Assembly: GCA_001780275.1 (NCBI GenBank)
Contig: MFGB01000017.1
Location: 59,841-123,840 of the forward strand
Length of the DNA: 64,000 nucleotides
Reading direction: 5' to 3'
Source: Candidatus Falkowbacteria bacterium RIFOXYA2_FULL_47_19
Lineage (GTDB): Bacteria; Patescibacteriota; Patescibacteriia; Patescibacteriales; UBA12075
The notes under the pieces: generated by a model
What the model was told of the DNA's origin: nothing
The model's input: the letters and a program-made list of their open reading frames with translations, nothing else
The model's database searches: none
Translations under genes and position numbers: made by a program
Shown here: positions 54,018 to 62,751 of the stretch, one piece after another
Numbering within the stretch: position 1 is the first letter of the stretch
Layout of the letters: each line of letters opens with the position of its first letter

Positions 54018-55718
54018 ATGATAAAACGTTTGTTTAGCGGACAAATTAACAGCATAACCGGAGCGGCGCTACTTGTAGCGCTGTCTTCGCTTATAAGCCG
54101 TTTTTTGGGAGTATTCCGGGACAGGATCCTGGCCGGAGAATTCGGCGCGGGCGATACGCTCGATATTTATTACGCGGCCTTCCGCGTACCGGATCTTATT
54201 TTTAATTTACTGGTTTTAGGGGCGATATCGGCCGGGTTCATACCGATCATCACTTGTCTGATCAGGGACCCCTTGTGCAGGATCAGGACCATGTTCTCCG
54301 AGTCTCCCAACCGTGAAGCCTGGGAATTGGTCAGTAATATCTTAAACGTTCTTGGGTTGGTTTTGTTGGTTTTGTCGGGCCTTGGAATACTCTTCGCGCC
54401 CGGACTTACGAAATTGATCGCGCCGGGTTTTTCTCCGGAAAAACAGGCGCTGACGGTCGCGCTTACCCGCATTATGTTCCTGTCCCCCGTATTCCTGGGC
54501 ATATCGAGCGTTTTGGGCGGGGTTCTCCAGTCCTATAAGCGTTTTTTTGTTTATTCCCTGGCTCCCATCATGTATAACATCGGAATTATCGTCGGAGCGC
54601 TTTATTTTACCCCTAGGTGGGGGATTTACGGCTTGGCGTGGGGCGTCGTGTTCGGCGCGGCCCTCCACATGCTCATACAGTTACCGGCCGTAATTTCCCT
54701 TGGTTTTCGATACCAACCGATCATCGATCTAAAAAACAGCAACTTCCGGAGGATCGCCGTCATGATGCTGCCGCGAACCATGAGCCTCGGTATTTCCCAG
54801 ATTAATCTGGTGGTAATTACGATAATCGCTTCGACCCTGGCAAGCGGATCATTGACCGTTTTTAACTTTGCCAATAACCTGCAGTTTTTTCCGGTAAGTA
54901 TATTCGGCATCTCCTTCGCCGTGGCCGCCTTTCCGGCATTGGCCGCGTCCGCTTTCGATAAGAAAAAACTAATAAGCGATTTTTCCAATATTTTTCGGCA
55001 AATCCTCTTTTTTATAATGCCGGCAGCCGTTCTTTTATTGACCTTGCGCGCCCAGATAATCAGGGTGATCCTGGGCACAGGCCGGTTTAACTGGGAAGAC
55101 ACGATCAGAACGATAGATACGCTGGGATTTTTTATTATTTCCCTTTTCGCCCAGGCTGCCCTGCCTCTTTTAGTAAGAGTGTTTTACGCGCGCCATAATT
55201 CCAAGACACCTTTTTATGTCGGTTTGATCGCGGCCGGAGTCAACGTTATTTTAAGCCTTTGGCTGCCCAAACTGACATTTTGCCGGGAAATTTTAGGAAG
55301 CGGCGGAGAGGTCATAAACGAGTGTATGCCCTTGGGGGTAGCTGGTTTAGGGCTGGCTTTTTCGATAGCGAGTATCCTGAATTTCATAATGTTGTGGCTG
55401 GTTTTACGCTCCGAGATCGGCAATCTCGACGAAGCCAGGATACTCATTTCGACCGTTAAATTTTCCGCCGCCGCTATAGCCGCCGGACTGGCGGTGCAGG
55501 GCATGAAATTAGTGGTTTGGCCGTATATCGACATGACCAGGGTGTGGGGGGTATTCACTCAAGGTTTTATAGCCGGAATGTCAGGAATTCTCGTTTATCT
55601 CGCTTTTTGCTCGCTTCTTAAAAGCGAGGAACTGTTCGCTTTTTGGCAATCGTTCAGGAAGAGGATACCTTGGAAAAAAATCGATACCGGCGATCATACC
55701 GAGGCGAGAGGGGTGTAG
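54018..55718 (+). CDS. murJ: Lipid II flippase MurJ (MviN)
   Basis: N-terminal SRFLGVFRDRILAGEFGAGDTLDIYYAAFRVPD. About 14 TM helices. Confidence 0.9.
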   Translation: MIKRLFSGQINSITGAALLVALSSLISRFLGVFRDRILAGEFGAGDTLDIYYAAFRVPDLIFNLLVLGAISAGFIPIITCLIRDPLCRIRTMFSESPNREAWELVSNILNVLGLVLLVLSGLGILFAPGLTKLIAPGFSPEKQALTVALTRIMFLSPVFLGISSVLGGVLQSYKRFFVYSLAPIMYNIGIIVGALYFTPRWGIYGLAWGVVFGAALHMLIQLPAVISLGFRYQPIIDLKNSNFRRIAVMMLPRTMSLGISQINLVVITIIASTLASGSLTVFNFANNLQFFPVSIFGISFAVAAFPALAASAFDKKKLISDFSNIFRQILFFIMPAAVLLLTLRAQIIRVILGTGRFNWEDTIRTIDTLGFFIISLFAQAALPLLVRVFYARHNSKTPFYVGLIAAGVNVILSLWLPKLTFCREILGSGGEVINECMPLGVAGLGLAFSIASILNFIMLWLVLRSEIGNLDEARILISTVKFSAAAIAAGLAVQGMKLVVWPYIDMTRVWGVFTQGFIAGMSGILVYLAFCSLLKSEELFAFWQSFRKRIPWKKIDTGDHTEARGV

Positions 55719-55756
55719 GGATTTACGATTGCCGATTTACGATTTGCGAATTACGC
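55719..55756. repeat. Family C word block (no partner arm)
   Basis: GGATTTACGATTGCCGATTTACGATTTGCGAATTACGC. Confidence 0.75.
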
Positions 55757-55848
55757 TTTAGATTGGAGGCTTGACGGGTTATGGCGCGCGATCCATGATA
55801 AAGACAGGTTATTTTTTTTTATAGCAGGATTTTACCCAGGAGGAAGAA

Positions 55849-55989
55849 ATGGCCAATGATATGCTTAAGCCCAACCCGGGCAAAAGGGGATCTTATACGA
55901 TCATCGTCAAAAAGGGATACGCTATCCCGGACCGCTCTTTTCTGGAAATCATCAAGGATATCATAAAGACAAACGAAACAAAAAATTAA
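55849..55989 (+). CDS. Small protein (46 aa), function unknown; below the track cutoff
   Basis: SD AGGAGG lies 5 nt before the ATG. Sequence MANDMLKPNPGKRGSYTIIVKKGYAIPDRSFLEIIKDIIKTNETKN. An intrinsic terminator at 55993-56019 follows. Confidence 0.5.
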   Translation: MANDMLKPNPGKRGSYTIIVKKGYAIPDRSFLEIIKDIIKTNETKN

Positions 55990-55992
55990 CGC

Positions 55993-56019
55993 CCCCATTC
56001 ACCCTAGAATGGGCTTTTT
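55993..56019 (+). terminator. Intrinsic terminator after the 46-aa ORF
   Basis: CCCATTC-loop-GAATGGG, then C and T5. Confidence 0.65.
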
Positions 56020-56110
56020 ATTATTCATTTTTAGTTTACTTTGATACCCTAAATATGTTATAATTAATATAGTTTTTACTTGTGGATATCCCTCTTTGTT
56101 TTTGATTTTT

Positions 56111-57271
56111 ATGAAGATAAATTCTATCAGGAAAGTTAAGCGTTTAACCGGTAAAAAAGTGCTTTTGCGGGTTGATTTTAACGTACCGATCGAAAACGGA
56201 AAAATAAAAGACGAATATAAGATCGTGCAGACCCTGCCGACGATCAGGCTCCTTTTGAGGCACAGATGTAAAATAATTATAATTACCCATCTGGGGCAGC
56301 CGGGAGGCCAAAAAAACGATAAATTAACGGTTAAACCGATCGCCCGTCGTTTGGGCGTGATACTAAACATGAAAATCGAGTTTATCGACGGATGTATCGG
56401 TTTGAGCGCCGGGACCGCGATAGGAAAAATGAAAAAAGGGGAAATTATAATCCTGGAAAATTTGCGCTTTGAGCCTGGTGAAGAAAAAAATACCGGAAAA
56501 TTCGCCAAAGAATTGGCTAAATACGCGGATATTTACGTAAACGACGCTTTTGGCGTCTCCCATCGCGCCCAAGCCTCGCTCTCCGCGATTAAAAATTATC
56601 TGCCGGCATATGCCGGCTTACTCCTCGAAAAAGAAGTGACGCACCTGGAAAAAGCCAAGCGCTCCGCCGATCCGCTAATCTTGATCGTCGGAGGCGCGAA
56701 AATCAAAACCAAGATAAAGTTAATAGAAAAATTCAAGAATAAGGCCCACCGGATCTTATTGGGAGGGGCGCTTGCCAATAATTTTTTTAAAGCTCACGGA
56801 CTGGAAACGGGCAGGTCGCTCGTTGATGAAGAGAGTATTGCCTATGCCAGTAAGCGCGGATGCGAAAACCTGGTATTGCCGATAGACGTCATAACGGAGA
56901 ATGGACGCGCCGAAACGCGGGTCAAAAGCGTCAATAAAATAGAAAAAGACGAGGCTATTTTCGATATCGGTCCGGAAACGGTAAGGTTGTACGCGGGCTT
57001 CATAAAAAAAGCGGCTACCATCATATGGAACGGTCCGATGGGCAGATTCGAAGATTCACGATACAAGCACGGAACTTTGGCTATCGCCAGACTCGTCGCC
57101 GCCCGATCCACCGGCCGCGCTTTCGGTTTGGTCGGGGGAGGGGAAACGGTTGAAGCTTTAAAAATGACGAAGATGATCGACTACGTTGATTGGGTGTCTA
57201 CCGGCGGCGGCGCGACCTTAACCTATCTTGAGGGCGGAAAGATGCCGGGACTCGAGAAGATCCTGTACTAA
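56111..57271 (+). CDS. pgk: Phosphoglycerate kinase
   Basis: KKVLLRVDFNVP, NLRFEPGEE and STGGGATLTYLEG motifs. Confidence 0.96.
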   Translation: MKINSIRKVKRLTGKKVLLRVDFNVPIENGKIKDEYKIVQTLPTIRLLLRHRCKIIIITHLGQPGGQKNDKLTVKPIARRLGVILNMKIEFIDGCIGLSAGTAIGKMKKGEIIILENLRFEPGEEKNTGKFAKELAKYADIYVNDAFGVSHRAQASLSAIKNYLPAYAGLLLEKEVTHLEKAKRSADPLILIVGGAKIKTKIKLIEKFKNKAHRILLGGALANNFFKAHGLETGRSLVDEESIAYASKRGCENLVLPIDVITENGRAETRVKSVNKIEKDEAIFDIGPETVRLYAGFIKKAATIIWNGPMGRFEDSRYKHGTLAIARLVAARSTGRAFGLVGGGETVEALKMTKMIDYVDWVSTGGGATLTYLEGGKMPGLEKILY

Positions 57272-57296
57272 AGAGGTCATTAAACTTTAACCGAAA

Positions 57297-57839
57297 ATGG
57301 ATATAAAGTTAAAAAACAGGGGATTTACTTTGATCGAATTACTGACAGTGATCATGATCATCGGTATCCTATCCTCTTTGGCGATGTTCGCGTTTTCGAC
57401 CGCCAGGGAGAAGGCCAAGGAAGCGGCCGTCCTCCATGATCTGGACGTTATCGGAAGCGCCATGAGGACGTTGGTCCACGATACTGCGCTTTGGCCCGGA
57501 GGGCAGCCGGCCGAAACCGTTTGCACGCTGGCTTGCGGATTAAACGAGCTCTGTACCGGTGCGACTTGCGCCATGAGCCTGGCCTCATCCTCGGCGGGAA
57601 TTACGGGGACCGACGGCTCTTATCCGAATTGGGACGGTCCCTACATGAACAGGATTCCCCCGGACCCTTGGGGGCGCGAATATTTTTTCGATACCGATTA
57701 TTCCGTGAATGCCGGCGAAGAACCGTGCGATTGCGGCGGTCCCTGCCATAACGTGGCCGCGATCGGCTCTTTCGGCCCAGAGAGCGCGGGCAACGGCGAC
57801 TATAACTGCGAAGAGATCATACGAATTTTAGCCCGGTAA
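57297..57839 (+). CDS. Type IV pilin / type II secretion pseudopilin-like protein
   Basis: Prepilin N-terminal cleavage/methylation motif NRGFTLIELLTVIMIIGIL. Cys-rich C-terminal globular part. Confidence 0.85.
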   Translation: MDIKLKNRGFTLIELLTVIMIIGILSSLAMFAFSTAREKAKEAAVLHDLDVIGSAMRTLVHDTALWPGGQPAETVCTLACGLNELCTGATCAMSLASSSAGITGTDGSYPNWDGPYMNRIPPDPWGREYFFDTDYSVNAGEEPCDCGGPCHNVAAIGSFGPESAGNGDYNCEEIIRILAR

Positions 57840-57875
57840 CATTGTTTTTATACAAATAATTTTTAGACACGCAAT

Positions 57876-59132
57876 ATGTCAAAAATAAAATACATCGCGG
57901 CCAGGGAAATACTGGATTCGCGCGGCAATCCCACGATAGAGACAAAAATAACGTTAAATAGCGGCGTAACCGCCAAAGCGAGCGTGCCCTCCGGCGCTTC
58001 CACGGGGATCCACGAAGCCTGGGAGCTTCGGGACGGCGACAAGAAACGGTACGGCGGGTTAGGCGTGCTTCAGGCCGTAAAGAACGTCAACGATAAGATC
58101 TTTTCGGCCCTAAAGGGCGCGGAAGTATCGGATCAGCGGAAGATCGACGAGGCGATGATAAAGCTGGACGGCACGAAGAACAAGAAGAAACTGGGAGCGA
58201 ACGCTATTTTGTCCGTATCTTTGGCGGCGGCGCGAGCGGCGGCTTTCGACAGTAAGCGGGAATTATACGAATATATCGCTTCAGTCTTCGGATTTAGCGG
58301 CAAGTTCAGGCTGCCTGTTCCGGCTTTCAATATTTTTAACGGCGGCAAGCACGCCGACACCAATCTCGATTTTCAGGAATTCATGATCATCCCCATGAAA
58401 AAAACGAGTTTCGCCGAAAAGGTCAGGATGGGGGCGGAGATATTCCATGAACTGGGTCGGGTTTTAAAACAGGCGGGATTCGATACGGACGTAGGCAATG
58501 AGGGGGGGTACGCTCCCGATATCCGGTCGAGTATCCAGGCGGTCGAGCTTATCATGGCGGCGGCGGTCAATGCCGGCTATAAGCCGGGCGTCGATGTCGG
58601 TCTCGGTACGGACGTGGGTTCGTCGGAGCTTTATGATCTTGAGACGAAAAAATATATTTTTAAGCTTGACCAGGCAACTTTTTCCAAGAACACCCTGATC
58701 GGGCTTTATTACGAATGGTTCCGCAAATATCCGATTATATCCATCGAAGACGGCTTGTCGGAAGATGATTGGGAGGGATGGACAGAATTGACCCGCGAAT
58801 TGGGAAATGAAATACTGCTTATCGGCGACGATCTTTTTACTACCAACACCGATCGTCTGCGCCGGGGACTTAAGGAAAGGGCCGCTAACGCCATCCTGAT
58901 CAAGCCGAACCAGGTCGGCACCTTGACCGAAACGGTCGATTGCATCAAGCTTGCCCAGACGCATAATTATAAAACTATGGCCTCCCACCGGAGCGGGGAA
59001 ACGAACGATGATTTCATCGCCGATCTGGCCGTTGCCGCCGGCACGGATTATATTAAATCCGGATCGTTGGCGCGGAGCGAGCGGTTGGCGAAGTATAACC
59101 GGTTAATGGAGATCGAAGCGTTGATTAAATAA
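57876..59132 (+). CDS. eno: Enolase
   Basis: IAAREILDSRGNPTIE, SGASTGIHEA and SHRSGETNDDFIADLAV motifs. Confidence 0.97.
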   Translation: MSKIKYIAAREILDSRGNPTIETKITLNSGVTAKASVPSGASTGIHEAWELRDGDKKRYGGLGVLQAVKNVNDKIFSALKGAEVSDQRKIDEAMIKLDGTKNKKKLGANAILSVSLAAARAAAFDSKRELYEYIASVFGFSGKFRLPVPAFNIFNGGKHADTNLDFQEFMIIPMKKTSFAEKVRMGAEIFHELGRVLKQAGFDTDVGNEGGYAPDIRSSIQAVELIMAAAVNAGYKPGVDVGLGTDVGSSELYDLETKKYIFKLDQATFSKNTLIGLYYEWFRKYPIISIEDGLSEDDWEGWTELTRELGNEILLIGDDLFTTNTDRLRRGLKERAANAILIKPNQVGTLTETVDCIKLAQTHNYKTMASHRSGETNDDFIADLAVAAGTDYIKSGSLARSERLAKYNRLMEIEALIK

Positions 59133-59152
59133 TTTCGTTTATATTACCGAAA

Positions 59153-60742
59153 ATGAAAAATACAAATGCAAAAAGCCAAAGTTCGAATTTACCCCTAATA
59201 TTGATAATATTGGACGGTTGGGGCTTGGCTAAGCCTAATTTGGGCAATGCCATTACTTTAGCTAAAACCCCTACCATGTCAGGATTGGTCAAAAAATACG
59301 CCAATACGAAATTACATGCCCACGGGAAGTTCGTGGGCCTCCCCTTAAAACAGGTCGGCAACAGCGAAGCCGGCCACATGAATATCGGCGCGGGGCGCCT
59401 GGTTGAGCAGGATGCGGTCCTCATCAGCCGCAGCATCAGCGATGGAACGTTTTTCAAAAATTCGGCTTTTTTGGGGGCTGTGCGACACGTCCATAAAATG
59501 AATTCCAAATTTCATATTATCGGCATGTTGTCCAACGGACAGAGTCCGCATTCTGATCCGGGGCATTTAATAGCGCTTTTGCGCCTGCTTAAGGAAAGGG
59601 GGGTAAAGAATATTTATCTACACTTGATCACTGACGGCCGGGATTCACCTAAATATGTTTCTTTAAGCCTTGTGGATGAATTAGAAAAAAAGCTTGTCAA
59701 TAACGAACGGATAGCGACGATCATGGGCCGGTTTTACGCCATGGACAGGAAAAAGTCATGGGACCGAACCGAAAAGGCCTTCCGCGCGCTCGCGTATGGA
59801 CAGGGCCGCGAGGCCAATACCGCTCAGGAAGCCATTACAGAAGCTTATAACCGGGGCGAAAGCGACGAATACATAGAACCGTACATTGTCGGAAACTCGT
59901 ATGGCGGCAACACAAGAATAGAAGACGGCGACAGCGTGGCCTTTATCAATCTGCGATCCGACAGGAGCCGGCAGTTGACAAAAGCTTTCGTGCAGGACGA
60001 TTTCAATAAAATGAACCCCGGTTCTTTTAAGCGCGGTAAAAAACTTAAGCATTTGTATTTCGTGGCCATGACGGATTTCGGTCCGGACCTGAACGAGATC
60101 CTGACCGCCTACCCTTCGATCGATCTGCACAACACCATACCGATGCAGTTGGCCGACCTAAAACAGCTTTATATAGCCGAAACGGAAAAATACGCCCATA
60201 TCACTTATTTTTTTAACGGGGGTTATGCCGGAACGGTGGCGGGAGAGAAACACATAATGATCCCTTCGCCCGACGTCAGGTCATACGACGAAACTCCGGC
60301 CATGAGCTCGGCGTTGCTGGCCAAGGAGGTTATCAGGCATTTGAAACCGGGATCGGGCAAGAACTGGACGTATGATTTCTGCCTTTTGAATTTTGCCGCT
60401 CCCGACATGATCGGCCATACGGGCAACCTGAAGGCCGGTATCGATTGCTGCGGTGAGGTAGACCGTTTATTGGCCAAGATAGTTAAAGCTTATCTGTCGG
60501 TAAATGGAACGGTTATCATCACGGCCGATCACGGCAATATAGAAAATATGGTCAACCTGAAAACGGGCGAGATCCACACGGAACATACGACCAACCAGGT
60601 GCCTTTTGTTTTGGTCAATAAAAAAATCGGTAATAAAATAAAATTAAGGCAAAACGGCACATTGGGCGATATCGGACCGACCATATTGGAGTTGTTGGGC
60701 AGGAAGAAGCCGAGCGAGATGAGCGGCAAGAGTCTTATTTAG
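59153..60742 (+). CDS. gpmI: 2,3-bisphosphoglycerate-independent phosphoglycerate mutase, copy 1
   Basis: ILDGWG, GNSEAGHMNIGAGR (catalytic Ser), PDMIGHTG and ITADHGN motifs are all intact. Confidence 0.92.
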   Translation: MKNTNAKSQSSNLPLILIILDGWGLAKPNLGNAITLAKTPTMSGLVKKYANTKLHAHGKFVGLPLKQVGNSEAGHMNIGAGRLVEQDAVLISRSISDGTFFKNSAFLGAVRHVHKMNSKFHIIGMLSNGQSPHSDPGHLIALLRLLKERGVKNIYLHLITDGRDSPKYVSLSLVDELEKKLVNNERIATIMGRFYAMDRKKSWDRTEKAFRALAYGQGREANTAQEAITEAYNRGESDEYIEPYIVGNSYGGNTRIEDGDSVAFINLRSDRSRQLTKAFVQDDFNKMNPGSFKRGKKLKHLYFVAMTDFGPDLNEILTAYPSIDLHNTIPMQLADLKQLYIAETEKYAHITYFFNGGYAGTVAGEKHIMIPSPDVRSYDETPAMSSALLAKEVIRHLKPGSGKNWTYDFCLLNFAAPDMIGHTGNLKAGIDCCGEVDRLLAKIVKAYLSVNGTVIITADHGNIENMVNLKTGEIHTEHTTNQVPFVLVNKKIGNKIKLRQNGTLGDIGPTILELLGRKKPSEMSGKSLI

Positions 60743-60813
60743 GCATTAAGGTGTTGGGGCGTTAGGCGTTAGGCGGCCTAAAGCCTAAAACCCTAAAGCC
60801 TAAAACCCTAAAC
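60738..60813. repeat. Word-repeat hairpin (TTAGGCG / GCCTAAA words) between the two gpmI copies
   Basis: …GGGGCGTTAGGCGTTAGGC|GCCTAAAGCCTAAAACCCTAAAGCCTAAAACCCTAAAC. Confidence 0.85.
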
Positions 60814-60814
60814 T

Positions 60815-62410
60815 ATGGACACACAAGAAAACAATAAACGACCCAAACCGGTCGTTCTGGTGGTTCTGGACGGATGGGGGATAAATCAGCCCTATACCGG
60901 CAATGCTATTTCCCAGTCAAATACCCCCGTCATGAACAGCCTGATCGCGGAATATCCCTCAATGACCCTAAGAGCTTCCGGCGAAGCGGTCGGCCTGCCC
61001 TGGGGGGAAAGCGGCAACAGCGAGGTGGGGCATATCAGCCTGGGGCTCGGGAGAATTTTATACCAGGATCTGCCCCGCATAAATAAGGCGATAAGCGACA
61101 CCAGTTTTTATAAAAATCCGGCTCTGCTCAAAGCGATAGAACATGTCCGAAAGAATGGTTCCTGCCTGCACCTCTTAGGGCTCGTTTCTAACGGGTGTGT
61201 GCATTCATCGATAGACCATCTGCACGCCTTACTGGTTTTGGCGCGGGAAAATAACCTTGAACGGGTTTATATCCACGCTATTCTAGACGGCCGCGATACG
61301 CCTTTCAATAGCGGTGTAAACTTCATTAAAGGTATCGCCCGCAGCATCTCCGAATATAATATCGGTGAAATAGCCACTGTTTCCGGGCGTTTTTACACGA
61401 TGGACCGGAATAATAACTGGGATCGGACAGCTAGAGCCTATTTAAACCTGACGGCCGGGGGGGGCGATCAGGCCGAAGATCCGGTAGAGGCGGTGGAGGC
61501 GAGCTATAAGAATAAGGTTTATGACGAGGAATTCGCGCCAACGGTCATTATGCGAGACGGCAAACCCATAGCCACGGTTAAGGATAATGACGCGGTAATC
61601 TTCTATAATTTCCGCCCGGATCGAGCCAGACAGATCGCCCAAGCCTTCGTTCTGCCGGAATTCGACAAATTCGATCGGCCCAAATTCCTGAATAATTTAT
61701 TGTTTACCGGTTTTACCGAATATGAGAAAGGCCTGCCGATAGAAACGGCCTTTCCGGTCGAGAAAATCGATAATTCCCTGGGCGAGGTGCTAAGCAAAGC
61801 CGGTTTGAAGCAGCTTCGAATAGCTGAAACCGAGAAGTATGCCCATGTTACTTATTTCTTTAATGGCGGACGGGAGGAAAAATCACCGGGCGAAGACCAT
61901 ATCCTGGTGCCGTCACCACAGGTTTCCAATTATGACCTGAAACCGGAAATGTCAGCCCCCGAGGTCACAAAAAAAATACTGGAAATGGTCAATGATGATA
62001 TTTATGATTTTATATTAGTAAATTTCGCCAACGCGGACATGGTCGGGCATACCGGGAATATTCCTGCCGCCAAAAAAGCGATTGAAACGCTTGATGATTG
62101 CGTGGATAAGCTTGTAAAAAGCGTTTTAGCGAAAGGCGGGGCGATCCTCATTACCGCCGATCACGGCAATGCCGACGTCATGTTCAACATGCAAACCGGC
62201 CAGATAGACAAAGAACATACCGCCAACCCCGTTCCATTCATAATCGTCGGCCGCGAATTCGCCGGGCGCAATTTCGGCTGGCAGAACGTAGTGGGGAGCG
62301 ACCTTTCCCTGATTCAGCCCCAGGGCATATTATCCGACATAGCGCCCACGATCCTTAAGATCATGGGAATCGAAAAACCGCCGGAGATGACGGGGATGAG
62401 CCTTATTTAA
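60815..62410 (+). CDS. gpmI: 2,3-bisphosphoglycerate-independent phosphoglycerate mutase, copy 2 (divergent tandem paralog)
   Basis: VLDGWG, GNSEVGHISLGLGR, ADMVGHTG and ITADHGN motifs are intact. By eye it is well under 50% identical to copy 1. Confidence 0.92.
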   Translation: MDTQENNKRPKPVVLVVLDGWGINQPYTGNAISQSNTPVMNSLIAEYPSMTLRASGEAVGLPWGESGNSEVGHISLGLGRILYQDLPRINKAISDTSFYKNPALLKAIEHVRKNGSCLHLLGLVSNGCVHSSIDHLHALLVLARENNLERVYIHAILDGRDTPFNSGVNFIKGIARSISEYNIGEIATVSGRFYTMDRNNNWDRTARAYLNLTAGGGDQAEDPVEAVEASYKNKVYDEEFAPTVIMRDGKPIATVKDNDAVIFYNFRPDRARQIAQAFVLPEFDKFDRPKFLNNLLFTGFTEYEKGLPIETAFPVEKIDNSLGEVLSKAGLKQLRIAETEKYAHVTYFFNGGREEKSPGEDHILVPSPQVSNYDLKPEMSAPEVTKKILEMVNDDIYDFILVNFANADMVGHTGNIPAAKKAIETLDDCVDKLVKSVLAKGGAILITADHGNADVMFNMQTGQIDKEHTANPVPFIIVGREFAGRNFGWQNVVGSDLSLIQPQGILSDIAPTILKIMGIEKPPEMTGMSLI

Positions 62411-62433
62411 TTTTTTGGTTTTTGCATATAGCG

Positions 62434-62664
62434 GTTAATATTGGAATGAAAACAGAACACTTCGGCCAAAAAATTTCAAGCACCAAATAACAAATCCCAA
62501 ATAAATTCCAAATTCAAAATAACAAACCTTAAACTTAAATTTTAGTTAATGTTGGATAGTATGGAATATAATGTGTTTTGAATTTGTTATTTAGAATTTA
62601 TTTGTAATTAGGTGCTTGTTATTTGGAATTTTCCAATTTAACAGCTCTGCTTTCATTCCATTAA
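62434..62664. repeat. About 230-nt nested family A-like hairpin
   Basis: Outer arms are TTAATATTGGAATGAAAACAGAAC and ACAGCTCTGCTTTCATTCCATTAA. Inner arms are CAAGCACCAAATAACAAATCCCAAATAAATTCCAAATTCAAAATAACAAACC and GTTTTGAATTTGTTATTTAGAATTTATTTGTAATTAGGTGCTTG. Confidence 0.8.
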
Positions 62665-62751
62665 AAACCTATGGCTTATAGCTGGCAGCTCGCATGGGTT
62701 TTAAGGCCTTAGATAAGACCCTAAAAGCGATCAGCTAAAAGCTAAAATCCT

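Noticed and set aside
60738-60813. Short tandem repeats (TTAGGCG, GCCTAAA, CGATTGCCGATT, CGTTATGCG and others) considered as possible CRISPR arrays.
   Set aside because: The repeat units are 5-12 nt and directly abutting, with no unique spacers of 25-40 nt. They form inverted arms, and no cas genes are present.
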